DNA of 64,000 bases from Felis catus (Eukaryota): positions 210,616,001 through 210,680,000 of the forward strand of contig NC_058368.1 in the NCBI RefSeq assembly GCF_018350175.1, read 5' to 3'. Every line of letters starts with the position of its first letter. Within the stretch, counting starts at the first letter, position 1. Below, one piece after another: positions 1-10,522 of the stretch. The translations under genes were made by a program, and so were the position numbers. The notes below the pieces were generated by a model. It was not told where the DNA came from. It searched no databases and saw only the letters and a list, made by a program, of their open reading frames with translations.

Positions 1-100
1 GTCAGTAGAGAGCCCAAAGTGGGGCTCGAACTCAGAAACTGCGAGATCATGACCTGAGCCGACGTCAGATGTTTAACTGACTGAGCCACCCAGGTGCCCC
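1..100 (-). mobile_element. CAN-SINE (SINEC), 5' part; remainder cut off by window edge
   Basis: Reverse complement of GGGGCACCTGGGTGGCTCAGTCAGTTAA... tRNA-derived head. Confidence 0.9.
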
Positions 101-2089
101 AACTAACTCTAGTCATAAAACCAACAAATAAATTTCCTTTGTTTTGCTTCCATATTTACTGAACAACCTTTTGATCTCATTTTTAATAAAAATCAATCTA
201 CATTGAGAATTAAGTACTATTTACAGGTATTGACCATATGCCAACCACCCCAATGCAAAGTGGTTGTTATGATCAGAGAGCTTAAGTAACAGCTCCTTGG
301 TCACAGAGCTCCTTAAGTGTTACTATGGGGATTCTAACCTAGGTGCTTGCTTTTAGTGCCTCTGTTGTGTTATTCCAGGTACCTGAGAGGTGGTTAAGTT
401 TCTGGTGAATAAAAAATTTTCAGATCCCTCAGTAAGAGTGGATTTATATGGACATATACTCCATTGGTCCACTCTGTTCCTCTTCTCCCCAAACACCCAC
501 TCCTATTGGTCCTGAGCCCAGTGTGAATATTTGGGTATCTATAATAATTGTATCTATCAGTGTGAAATCTTCAATTGGCATATTGGTAATATAACTCTGT
601 GATTTTGGCTAATCCAAGTCCATTCCTGGGAAATGGATCCTCTCATTGAACACCAAGTAATTTGGTTTCTAACCCCAGGAGACTGGTGACCAGATCAGGC
701 AGGCGGTAAACTCTTCTATGAATATGCCCCTAACAAGCCTGCTGGGAAACAGCATCTGGTTTCTGTCAACAATTCCACCTGTGAAAAGACTTCAGAAGAA
801 AGTACATTTTTCAATGATTTCCAATTTCTTCTTTATAAACATGTTAAAGGAACAGAAAGCTCCAATGAAGCTAGTTACATTGGCAAAGCAACCTAGCCTC
901 ATAGGCAAATACAGCACTCCAAGTGACTTTGACTTGAGAAACAATGTTCCTCCTGGGATTTGGAGTTGCATGAAAGTCCCCCCTCAAAGTGTGGATACCT
1001 TCACAAACACAGATGCTCTCCAGAAGCACCTTAGCCTCCTCATACTTAGTGTTTCACACTGAAAACATGTCTTAAGACAATCCCTTTCCAACCAAAATAC
1101 ATAAATCCAATTGCAAACCCCCATTGGATGCTGCAGATAGATTATAATATGACAGAAGTAATCAAAAGACTTGCAAAAGGAAGTGGGCAAGTTTGTTCAA
1201 GTGGTCAAGGAAGTGGTGTGAGTGAAAGTGGACAGAAAGGTCAGCCTCAGCCTCCTGAGGAGAAACTATATGAACACTGCTGTCCACCAAATAGCGTGGT
1301 GGAGAACCCAAAGTCGCATAACTGTTGGAGGGGATTTTGTCCATAAAAAGGAGCACATGGCTGGAATAAGCTGTTTGCCTGTTTTAGTGTAGTTTACTTG
1401 CAGTATAGATTCTGGACATCGTAGATTCCTATTCTCCTGACAGATTTTATTCCTGGAAAGTGTGTTATAGAAGTGAACCAAGAAGCAGACTGAGAACACA
1501 CAATGGAATTCAAGTCCAAGATTGTGTTCTCGAAAGACTGCATCAGGAAGCATTGCATGAGCACATTCAGGAAGCTCCTGTAATTTAATGTAAGGCATGG
1601 AATTTAGGGCTTGTCTAGACCATATATTAGGGGATTGGTGAGAGTCTGCTGAATTTAAGAAGCCCTCTTTTACTACTAGTGGGTCTTGACTCCCTTTTCT
1701 TGGTAAGAACCTACTTAGGGCATTTGATATGAATTTGGAAATAGCCCTAAGTTAGAATTTCATGTTGGAGTATCTTTTTCAAGTCATCAGAGACAGTAAC
1801 CCAAAGCAATGAGATGGTTTATGGAGGGAGAAGAAAACTCTCTGAGTTTTTCACCAAACTTTCAAACCAGAGAGAGACTTACTTTTTTTCTTTGCCTTTT
1901 CCCTGAGGCCTTATGAAAACAAGAGCCAGATTATTCCTGCTGATTTTTGGAAAATTGATACTAAGGGTACCATCTAGAGTCAAACTGTGCCAAGAAGGTG
2001 GAAGTTAGGTCTGTATTCATAGATTTTTTTATTTTAATGCCTCTTTCCCAATAATTATATAATGGATATGTCTTCCAATTAAATTATTA

Positions 2090-2299
2090 TTTTTTTAAGT
2101 TTATCTATTTTGAGAGAGAGAGAGAGAGAGGGAGTGAGTGGGAGAGGAGCAGACAGGGAAGGAGAGAGAAAATCCCAAGCAGGCCCTATGCTGGCAGCGC
2201 AGAGCCCTGTGTGCGGCTCGAACTCACAAACCATGAGATCCTAACCTCAGCCAAAATGGAGAGTTGGATGCTCAACCAACTTAGCCACCCAGGCACCCC
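2090..2299 (-). mobile_element. CAN-SINE in IL7R intron 2
   Basis: T-rich tail, (GA)n tract and head ending ...CCAGGCACCCC on plus. Confidence 0.92.
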
Positions 2300-2564
2300 T
2301 TTAATTCAATTATTAAAGTATTACATTATTTATTTATCCAAACCTCCCTATGAATTTGTACAGCTCATTTAACAGGTGAAGAACTTGAGGCCTACATGAG
2401 TTCCATAGCTTGCTTTAGGTTGAAAAGCTAAGACGGTGCTGGTATTGGGATTAGAAAACAGGCAACAGCCCTCCAGAGTGCAGCAAGACACTAGATTGTC
2501 TCAGGCAGATAAATTTTGGGGGAGGAGTGTTCTAAGAAAGCAAGATTTAAAGTCTGCTATGAAG

Positions 2565-2787
2565 GGGGCGCCTGGGTGAATCAGTCGGTTAAGTGTCCGA
2601 CTTCGGCTCAGGTCATGATCTCATGGTCTGTGAATTCAAGCCCCGCGTCGGGCTCTGTGCTGACATCTCAGAGCCTGGAGCCTGTTTTGGATTCTGTGTC
2701 TCCCCCCTCTCTCTCTGCCCCTCCCCTGTTTGTGCCCTGTCTCTCTTGCTCTCAAAACTAAATAAAATATTAAAAGAAAATAAATGC
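2565..2787 (+). mobile_element. CAN-SINE (felid type) in IL7R intron 2
   Basis: GGGGCGCCTGGGTG head, CT-rich tract, A-rich tail. 17-bp TSD TAAAGTCTGCTATGAAG at 2548-2564 and 2788-2804. Confidence 0.95.
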
Positions 2788-3055
2788 TAAAGTCTGCTAT
2801 GAAGTCAGGAGGGTTGGGAGATCTCCAAGTTCCATACCATCAGCTTGCTGTGCCAGCAAGGACTGACTGACAGGAGAACCTATGAAAGTATCTTTGCTGG
2901 AGTATTTTGGTGAAGAACAAGGAGTTTCAGGAAGTTTTTGGAATTCATTCGATTTTAGTACTTGACAATTATGCTCCATACTCTTTCCTTTGCTGCGTAA
3001 TACATGAAAAGAGAGACAGGATTTCCAGGCACCCGTAGGAGCCAATATTCCTCAC

Positions 3056-3194
3056 CATATTTCAAATTCCAGATTGGTGCTATTGACATCTGGGTCGTCA
3101 AAAGTACAGGTCAGCAAGTGCTGGGATCCATCCACTTCCAACTGACTGTAACACGAGAATGGATAGTCATCCAGTTCGGCATCATCAAAGTCCC
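3056..3194 (-). CDS. IL7R: IL7R coding exon 2 (start of extracellular FNIII domain D1)
   Basis: 139-nt exon bounded by TTCCTCCCCAG| and |GTGAGG. Translates (G)[45 protein letters not shown](C), in phase with exon 1. Exons 3 onward lie beyond the left edge of the window. Confidence 0.97.
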
Positions 3195-3496
3195 CTGGGG
3201 AGGAACAAACCTGTAGTTGTTAATGGGGCAAATATGTGCATCCTTTTGAAATCTGGAGTGACATTAATGAAATGGCAGCCTTTGGGGGCAGACATGAGGG
3301 AGCTGTTATAAGTTATCTCAAGAAGAAAAGCCCAAGGCAAAAGACAGAAAAACCAAAACCAAAGCAGAAAAGATCCCAAATCCAAACCAAAATAATACCT
3401 AAAGAGCACAGATTTTTCTAGAATCATAATGATTTTTCTAAATCATAAAAATTAATAAATAACTTCCAAATATTCATTTTTAAATACATTATACTC

Positions 3497-3524
3497 TTTT
3501 TCTTTTTAAAAAATGTTTATTTCT

Positions 3525-3566
<42 letters not shown>

Positions 3567-3712
3567 GAGACACAGAATCGGAAGCAGACTCCAGGCTCCA
3601 AGCTGTCAACGCAGAGCCCAATGCCGGGCTGGAACCCATGAATCGTGAGATCATGATGTAAGCCAAAATGGAGAGTTGGACACTCAACACACTGAGCCAC
3701 CCAAGTGTTCCT
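3497..3712 (-). mobile_element. CAN-SINE in IL7R intron 1
   Basis: T tail, long (GA)n, body ...GAGCCACCCAAGTGTTCC on plus. Confidence 0.92.
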
Positions 3713-4807
3713 ATCTCCAAATATTTCTAAATACCTCTGACACTGGGTTAGTGCATTAGAGATCTAGAGTAAAATACTAAACATACACTTTCCTTTTTAC
3801 ACTATAATTTCTTCTGTTAATTAGTGAATTTCAAATAAGAGATACTCTATCTCTATTATTCAAATGCTACCTAGCCTTTGACTTTATTACTAATCTTCAT
3901 TTATTTCCTCCCAAGTATTTTTTGAATGAAGGAAGAGGAGAGTTATCATACAGTCAGAAGTTCACTTTTTTAAGGGATAGATTTCCCTTACCTGAATAGG
4001 AATTCCAACTAAAAGTACAATTGATTATCTCCATTGTGTGAATATTTATTTAAAGCAATTTGTCTTAAGCTACTAAGGCAAATGTGATTAGATGAGATCT
4101 GCTGGACTTTCCTACAAATCCTATAGGTATTACTTCAGTGCTTATAGATCCTTCTTCTATAGATACTGTATCTTAAGATATTATCAGAATTCTGAATGTA
4201 GTGAGCCAGAATCTTTTGTCAGTCACTTTTGGTAAGTACAATTTGTCATAGATTGTATTCGATTTTTTAAACTGGGTTGAGGCCCTTAAGATTCAATAGA
4301 CATTTTGTATCTATATTTCATAATATTTAATAGAAAAAAATGTATCAGCAAATATACTTGGACCGAGACCTGAGAAAATCCAGAGTAACCGAAGCCATTC
4401 TCAGAGTAATCAAGTGTGAGCTTATGATGGCTTCTAGGTCCATTGTTACTAAAAATCACTTTGGCCCATCAATGCTAGAAATTAGAAGCTTCTAGAGCTT
4501 CAAATAGGATACAGAATATACTAAAATCAAACCCGTTGAGTATCCTGAAGGTCTTTTTTACTTAAATTACGAAGTAGTTCTGTGGGAAAATTAGTAAAGC
4601 TGGTTGTGAGTGGAGTGGACCAACTAGATGAGTGACAGGTTGGTTCAGTCAAAGCCACAAATCTTGAAAAACTACATCAAGATAAAAAGCTGTGGGTGCT
4701 GCTCTATCTGACCGTTCCTAGAATCCATAGGCTTACAATTCTGCCACAAGCAAATATTCCTTATGTAATTTCAGTAGGGTATAGACCCCTTCCTGATGAC
4801 AGTCAGG

Positions 4808-4983
4808 TTTTTGTTTGTTTCTTGAGAGAGAGAGAGAAAGAGACAGAGAGACAGAGAATCTTAAGCAGGTTCCATGCTTTGCACAGAGCCTGCCATGGGG
4901 CTTGATCTCATGACCGTGAGATCATGACCTGAGCTAAAATCAAAAGTCAGAGGATCAACTGACTGAGCTACCCAGGTGCTCCC
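4808..4983 (-). mobile_element. CAN-SINE in IL7R intron 1
   Basis: Reverse SINEC body flanked by repeated CCTGATGACAGT (TSD). Confidence 0.9.
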
Positions 4984-5579
4984 TGATGACAGTTTTAAAT
5001 AATGAGGGGCAACCCACTATTTAGGGCTCACACGTTAAACCATGTTCATTCCTAATCTGATAGTATTAAAACTTCATCTCCTAAAACCTTTTCTCAGTGG
5101 AACAGTGGTAGTTGTAGCCTGCCTTTACACAGCAGTTCTCATTCTGTTTTGAGGTTTTCTCTTCTTTAAATCTTCCACCAATCCTGTACAACAGAACCTA
5201 CATTACTATTTGGATTCAGACTTCTGTGGATCAGCTTTGTGTCCAAAATTCTTCAATATACAATATAATACAATATACAAGATAAACCGGAGAGCATAGA
5301 CTAGCAGATGCTGAGCACCAGCAGAACAAGGCATTCCTACCACCCTTAGCCATCCAGTCTGGTGAAGTGTGTCTGATGTATATGCTTATACAATATACAA
5401 AACACTAGTCATACAATTAAAGTGGCTATGTTTTGAGAAGCAGCTTACTGGCTCTTTAGGAGATGTTACTGGGCAAAATTGCTTTGTAACCAAGAAAAAT
5501 TCCCCTCAACAACTTGCAAAATTGCATGGCATTTTACAAAGAGAATGTTCTACCTGGCCTAAGCTGAAAAATTCTTAGA

Positions 5580-6025
5580 GTATTATACACAGTGGTTAAA
5601 ACCTCCAACACCAGAGCTGGACAGATGTGGGTTTAAATTCTTCCTATTTTACTTTGTAACTGTGGTCCCTGTCAGGTTACTCAACTTCTCTACACCTCAG
5701 TGTTTTGATATGGAAATTCACATTATATGAGAAATCATTGAACAAATATATGCAAAGAATTAGCTTAGAACATAGTAAGCACCTTGGGGCGCCTGGGTGG
5801 CTCAGTTGGTTAAGCATCTGACTTCAGCTCAGGTCATGATCTTGTGGTTTGTGAGTTCGAGCCCTGCATTGGGCTCAGGGCCTGGAGCCTGCTTTGGATT
5901 CTGTGTCTCTCTCTCTCTGCCCTTCCCCCACTCTCACTCTGTCTCTGTCTCTGAACAATAAATAAACATTAAAAAAATTAAAAAAAAACATAGTAAGCAC
6001 TGAATAAGGGTTAGCTATGATTATT
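5580..6025 (+). mobile_element. MIR, interrupted by the SINE at 5786-5986
   Basis: Degenerate MIR core: AGTGGTTAA...GGGTTTAAAT...TTACTCAACTTCTCT..CCTCAGT...CATAGTAAGCAC. Confidence 0.7.
5786..5986 (+). mobile_element. CAN-SINE inserted in a MIR, IL7R intron 1
   Basis: SINEC head and tail, TSD AACATAGTAAGCAC on both sides, short internal deletion. Confidence 0.93.
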
Positions 6026-7686
6026 ATAATTTTTCTGTTTTTGAGAAATAAGTAATGAAACGTTAACACAAGAATTCTAAGAATCTACATGAAACCTTTG
6101 GGGATCCTTTGAAAGAGTTCTATGTCAAAGGTATTATTACTATGATTTTGAAATTACATAGAACTTTTCAACAGTGAGTTAACTTACTATTCTTTCAATA
6201 CTATCTAAGCATATTTGTCTATAAAAATTTAGTTTTTTAAAATATGCATTATTGACAAGGCCGTGTGGTTTGGAAGTCTTCCTGTTGAAAGGAATTAGTT
6301 GATCAAAAACATACATGGTTTGGATTATTAAAAAATATCCCTTTCTTCTCTTTATCATCCATGTGGTTATCAACAAACTAATCTTTCAACAAAGAGCAGT
6401 GGATTATTATACACCCCAAACTGAAAAGTATTTTGAGGTGATCAATGTGGATGGGTGGTTATAGATATCCTAAATAAAACTGAAATTTGAAAAGTTGAAG
6501 TGAAACTCAGCTTTCAGTTAGAATTCTTATTTCTTTTTTTAAAAAGTATGGCCATCAGGGAGAAATAGAAGGAAAATATTATACTCCAAAGAGTAAGAAT
6601 TAGGTGTTACCTGCCAAGCAGCTATCTGTGCAAATATAAGGGGACATGTACCAAGGAATTAGGATCATGCCCACAAAGTGATTCATATACGGTCACACTG
6701 AAAAATGTCAGCTTTCTGACAATTCCCTTAGTGAAAATATTCTAGGGATTTCCACCCTTAGTAATTACATGACTTAACATATCTAAGTTGAATCATTAAG
6801 CTGATGTCTTTGGTATCTTTGATAGGAAAATACTTTTCAACTCTTAGAGCCAAAGAGCTTAATTATCGGGAGCAAATGGGTGGTTAAAATTCCCAGGTGG
6901 CTCCTCTTGTTGCCATTTTGTCTTTGTTTACAGTTGTGTTGTCATTATGACCTAGTTCCTAAGTAGATAGCATTGGCTTGCAGGTGCTAAGTATTTCAAG
7001 GATCCCAAAGGGAATTACTATATGATGATAAATGTATTGATATGAAGGCAATTAAATATATTTTTAGGAGACAACTAATACAGATCTTTCTCTGTTCAAT
7101 TATTCACTAAGTAAGAATCTCACATAAATATCAAAACTGAAGTATTTTGAAGGAATTTTCAAATATTCAATTCAAATATTGAATGTTTACTACATTCTAG
7201 ACACTTTTAGGTGCTGGAGATATGGTGATGGTAAGTGCAGACAAAGCTGTTGTTGCTGGAAACTATTTTATCATGAGAATTATGCTTTTGGAACCTCTTA
7301 AAAAACTAAACAAAATAAATCTAGTTTGATTTTTTTAACAAGGTTAAATTACCTTGGAGATTCTCCAACAAGCACAACCATTGCACCTATATGGGTATTC
7401 CTTTTGTAAGAGTAGAAACATTGACCAACATTTAAGATCCACACTTATAGAGTTAAATGCATTCTTTCTAGACAATTCTAAGACTTTATACCACCCACAG
7501 TATTGTTTCCTGGCCTCCTGTCCCCGTGGTTAGAACTTACAAATGACAGAAAAATGACAGAATATATGGTAATTCTCCAACTCCATTCTAACCCAGTGTC
7601 CAGATCAGGTCTTTGGGGATCTAAGTAACCCGAAGCATATGCTAGAGATAACCTGAAATCCTAAAGAAAAGTTAGAAATGACTCAC

Positions 7687-7768
7687 CATTCTGTGCATAG
7701 CCACTTTCTCCAGAAACGACTTGAAGTAAATAGAAAACCATACCAAAAGCTGTACCTAGAATCATCAT
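7687..7768 (-). CDS. IL7R: Interleukin-7 receptor alpha (CD127), coding exon 1 (signal peptide)
   Basis: Minus strand reads ATG ATG ATT CTA GGT... = [27 protein letters not shown](G), matching the IL7R N-terminus (human [28 protein letters not shown]). 82 coding nt, ending in phase 1 at donor G|GTGAGT (7686-7681). Confidence 0.97.
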
Positions 7769-7970
7769 TCTGAGAGAGAGAAAGAGAAGAGAGGGGAGGT
7801 GTGTGAGCCTGTGTGTAGGAATGAATGAGAGACAGAGCACCAGTGAGAGAGAGAGAGAGAGGCACCAATCTACAGCTTTAGCACTTTATACTTATTTAAC
7901 CACAGACAGGGGGAAGTATAAACACAGCAAAAAAGAAGGCAAGTGCCAGAAACAGGAAGTCTGAGTAAAA
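7769..7970 (-). promoter_or_regulatory. IL7R: IL7R 5'UTR and proximal promoter
   Basis: CT-rich leader directly before the ATG. TATAAAG on minus at 7884-7890, RUNX site AACCACA 7898-7904, forkhead-like ATAAACA 7918-7924, and ETS site ACAGGAAGT 7952-7960 about 190 nt upstream of the ATG. This fits the PU.1/GABP element known in the IL7R promoter. Confidence 0.8.
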
Positions 7971-8388
7971 GTATTGCTGTTGTAAGCAGAGGTAGAGGAA
8001 ATGAAGGGATAGAGCATTTGAATTATTGTACCTCTTTGGTATTCGTGTAAGTCCCCAAACTTATTGTGCTTATTCCAAAATAAGGTAGTACATTCAAATA
8101 TAGTCCAAGATACCTGAGACTATAGAGTGTGAATAAGGCTCAGTTCAAAAAATAATCACAAAACAAAACTGTAAACTTACAGAGCTAATCAATTGATTGG
8201 GGTAAGTTTTGCTTTAAGGAAAGATTCTGCACTTTATTAAGTACTTTATTGCAGATTATTTTAAAATAGATCATCTCCAATTTCTGAACATATACACTAG
8301 AGAATTTCGCAAGAAATTCATTTTGTTTTCTGTGTATCCCAATACTTATACTTCACTGATCAAAGTAGGCATTCAAGAATTATTTAGT

Positions 8389-8583
8389 TTAGAAGTTGGC
8401 AAACTATGGCCAAAGGGCAAAATTTGGCCCACCACCTATTTTTGCAAATAAAGTTTTATTGAAACACGGTTGCTTTTTTGCTACAGCAGCAGAGCTGAGG
8501 ACTTGTGGCAGAGACTGTATGGCACACAAACCATAAAATCTTTACTCTCTGGTTCTTCACAGAAAAAAACTGTTGATCCCTTG
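8389..8583. mobile_element. hAT-Charlie non-autonomous DNA transposon (MER58A-like)
   Basis: GTTGGCAAACTATGGCC...GCAAATAAAGTTTTATTGAAACAC...GAGACTGTATGGC...GTTGATCCCT resembles the MER58A consensus. Confidence 0.75.
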
Positions 8584-9744
8584 TTTAATAGATAAACAGT
8601 TATTTTCTCAGTGTATTTATAATAGGATTCTATTTCTGACAATCTGATTTCCACACATTTCAGGAACATATGGCATTTGCAAACCAAACTAGTACATACA
8701 ACATATATAAGGGGCAGAAGCCTGAGACAATGACAAAGATAATTCAGTCTCTCTCTAAACTTGTGTGTCAATCAAAACTATTCCCAATACGGCCTCAGGG
8801 TTAAAGTAGTGACACTTGTGAAGCCTAACTGACTTCCCGGGAATTGTTGGATCTTTTTCTTTAAACTGCTATTAGTATTCAAATGACGTTCGTAGCAATC
8901 ATTGTTATCAACAGGCAGAGGAAGCCTTCTGGAAGACAGAGGTCTGCTCAGGTCTTCCACTGGCTAATTACCTGGATTCAAGCTAGGAACACCACTCGCC
9001 TCTCTTTTAGAAAAAAGCCACAAGACTGCAATTATTAGGTGATGAGTACCTAAATGATGAGTAGGCAGTGTGTACTTAACTGTTTGATTCATAGATATTG
9101 GGTAGAATTGGCCCTACAGGACTATAAAAATGGTTAAATTAGCAGAGATGAGCGACACCCTCCCGTGCATAAAACAGAGAGTCTTTGAAAGCTGCATGAG
9201 TTCACTTAACTCACCATTACAGTTATTGTGACAATATCATAAAATAAGAAAAGAAGAAGTAAGGCATCTGTACCAGTCTCTAGAAGCCTGTCTTCAGTGT
9301 TGAGGCAGATTCAGTGATAGAGATGGGATGCTCTGTTCAGAAGATCACACTCTGGACTGCAAACTCAAGGGATATTTCTCTGCAAGAAGCCAACTGAACG
9401 GGCATAATCTATATCCTCCATCTGCTAAGGCCTACTTTTGGCATTTTCAAACATATTTCAAGCCAAATAAAGAGTGACAATTTTGTGCACCAGATAATAA
9501 TTTCTGCCCTCATTTCTAATCTTGTCTAGAAAGCTTGGTTAGAAAATCATGAGTCTGATTCACAACAATTGGTATATTTTGTGCATTGAGCTGAATATCC
9601 TTTCAAGAAAGATACAATTATAAATTCTCATAAGCTAAATAAGTGTTAGAGGAGGAACCATGAATTATATATATATATATCCACCAACCCAGGTGTCATG
9701 AATTGTTCAGATTTTCACTCTATGGGTGAGTAATTGGGTCGTGT

Positions 9745-9895
9745 CTCTTTAAATTCTCTTGTTTATCATTTAAGTGGACTATCATTTTGATTGTATCTCT
9801 TTCCTTTAGTTGTGAAGATGTAAAAGAACAAAGCCAAGACACAATATTTTGGTACAGCATGTGCTAGTTTGCTCAGGGGATTTCCACTGGTGTAC
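9745..9895. promoter_or_regulatory. IL7R upstream enhancer, probable orthologue of CNS1 (FOXO1/GATA/GR/NF-kB)
   Basis: Within about 130 bp, 2 kb upstream of the ATG: FOXO TTGTTTAT 9759-9766 overlapping GATA TTATCA, GR half-site element AGATGTAAAAGAACA 9816-9830, GRE GGTACAgcaTGTGCT 9851-9865, NF-kB GGGGATTTCC 9876-9885. This is the motif set described for mouse Il7r CNS1. Confidence 0.75.
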
Positions 9896-10490
9896 TTACT
9901 CTTTTTGGGTGGGGCAGGAGATGCTGAAGGACCTAGAGAGAAACCTAGATATAGCGTGGGGAGCTCAAAGAAATGTGAAGGCTCATTAGTCAGTCCTTCT
10001 AGAGATTCTTGGGGAACAATGGTGCTTTCTCTGTTTTCTTCACCAGTCTTGCTAGTCTTTTGAAACTTAGGAAGGCTGAGGAAGAACTGCCTTGCTCCAC
10101 CCATTCCCCCAAATGAGAGACATTCACCTTGTTGCTTTGTCATTATTGTCCCTGAGAGAAGTGGAGAGCTAAGAAAAGCAGATCAGACGCTCAGGGCACC
10201 AGAGCCTCCAGCTGAGAAGCCAGGATCCCAGCAGTGGACAGAGGACAAGGCAGATCCTTGGACACAGCAACCTGGTTGGAGCACACATCCTTCCCTCCTC
10301 TTTTCCCATCATTTCCTTTCATCACTATCTTCTCTCTTCCCTCTCTGCTATGTTGTCCTCCTATGATGTGGTGGATCATAGAAGAGGAAAGCCATTGTAT
10401 TGTTTCTCATATACAAGCAGAATTCAATAACCTTGTAAGACTCCCAGTATCAGTTGGTCATAACTTTCCTTTCTTCCTTTGTGTGTGAGG

Positions 10491-10491
<1 letters not shown>

Positions 10492-10521
<30 letters not shown>
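10492..10521 (+). repeat. (TG)15 microsatellite
   Basis: Pure TG run seen directly. Confidence 0.95.

Positions 10522-10522
<1 letters not shown>

Noticed and set aside
379..1600. Cluster of ORFs (718-1062, 1128-1346, 1266-1598) suggesting a nested gene or pseudogene in IL7R intron 2
   Set aside because: The frames I translated break up with stops, no peptide is recognisable and there is no consistent exon structure. Better explained as non-coding sequence.
7683..7868. Upstream ORF overlapping IL7R exon 1
   Set aside because: It starts at a non-ATG codon near or before the likely TSS and is simply another frame of the CT-rich leader.
9062..9090. TAGGCAGTGT... resemblance to miR-34/449 mature sequence
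   Set aside because: No complementary 3' arm is present to form a pre-miRNA hairpin. Chance match.
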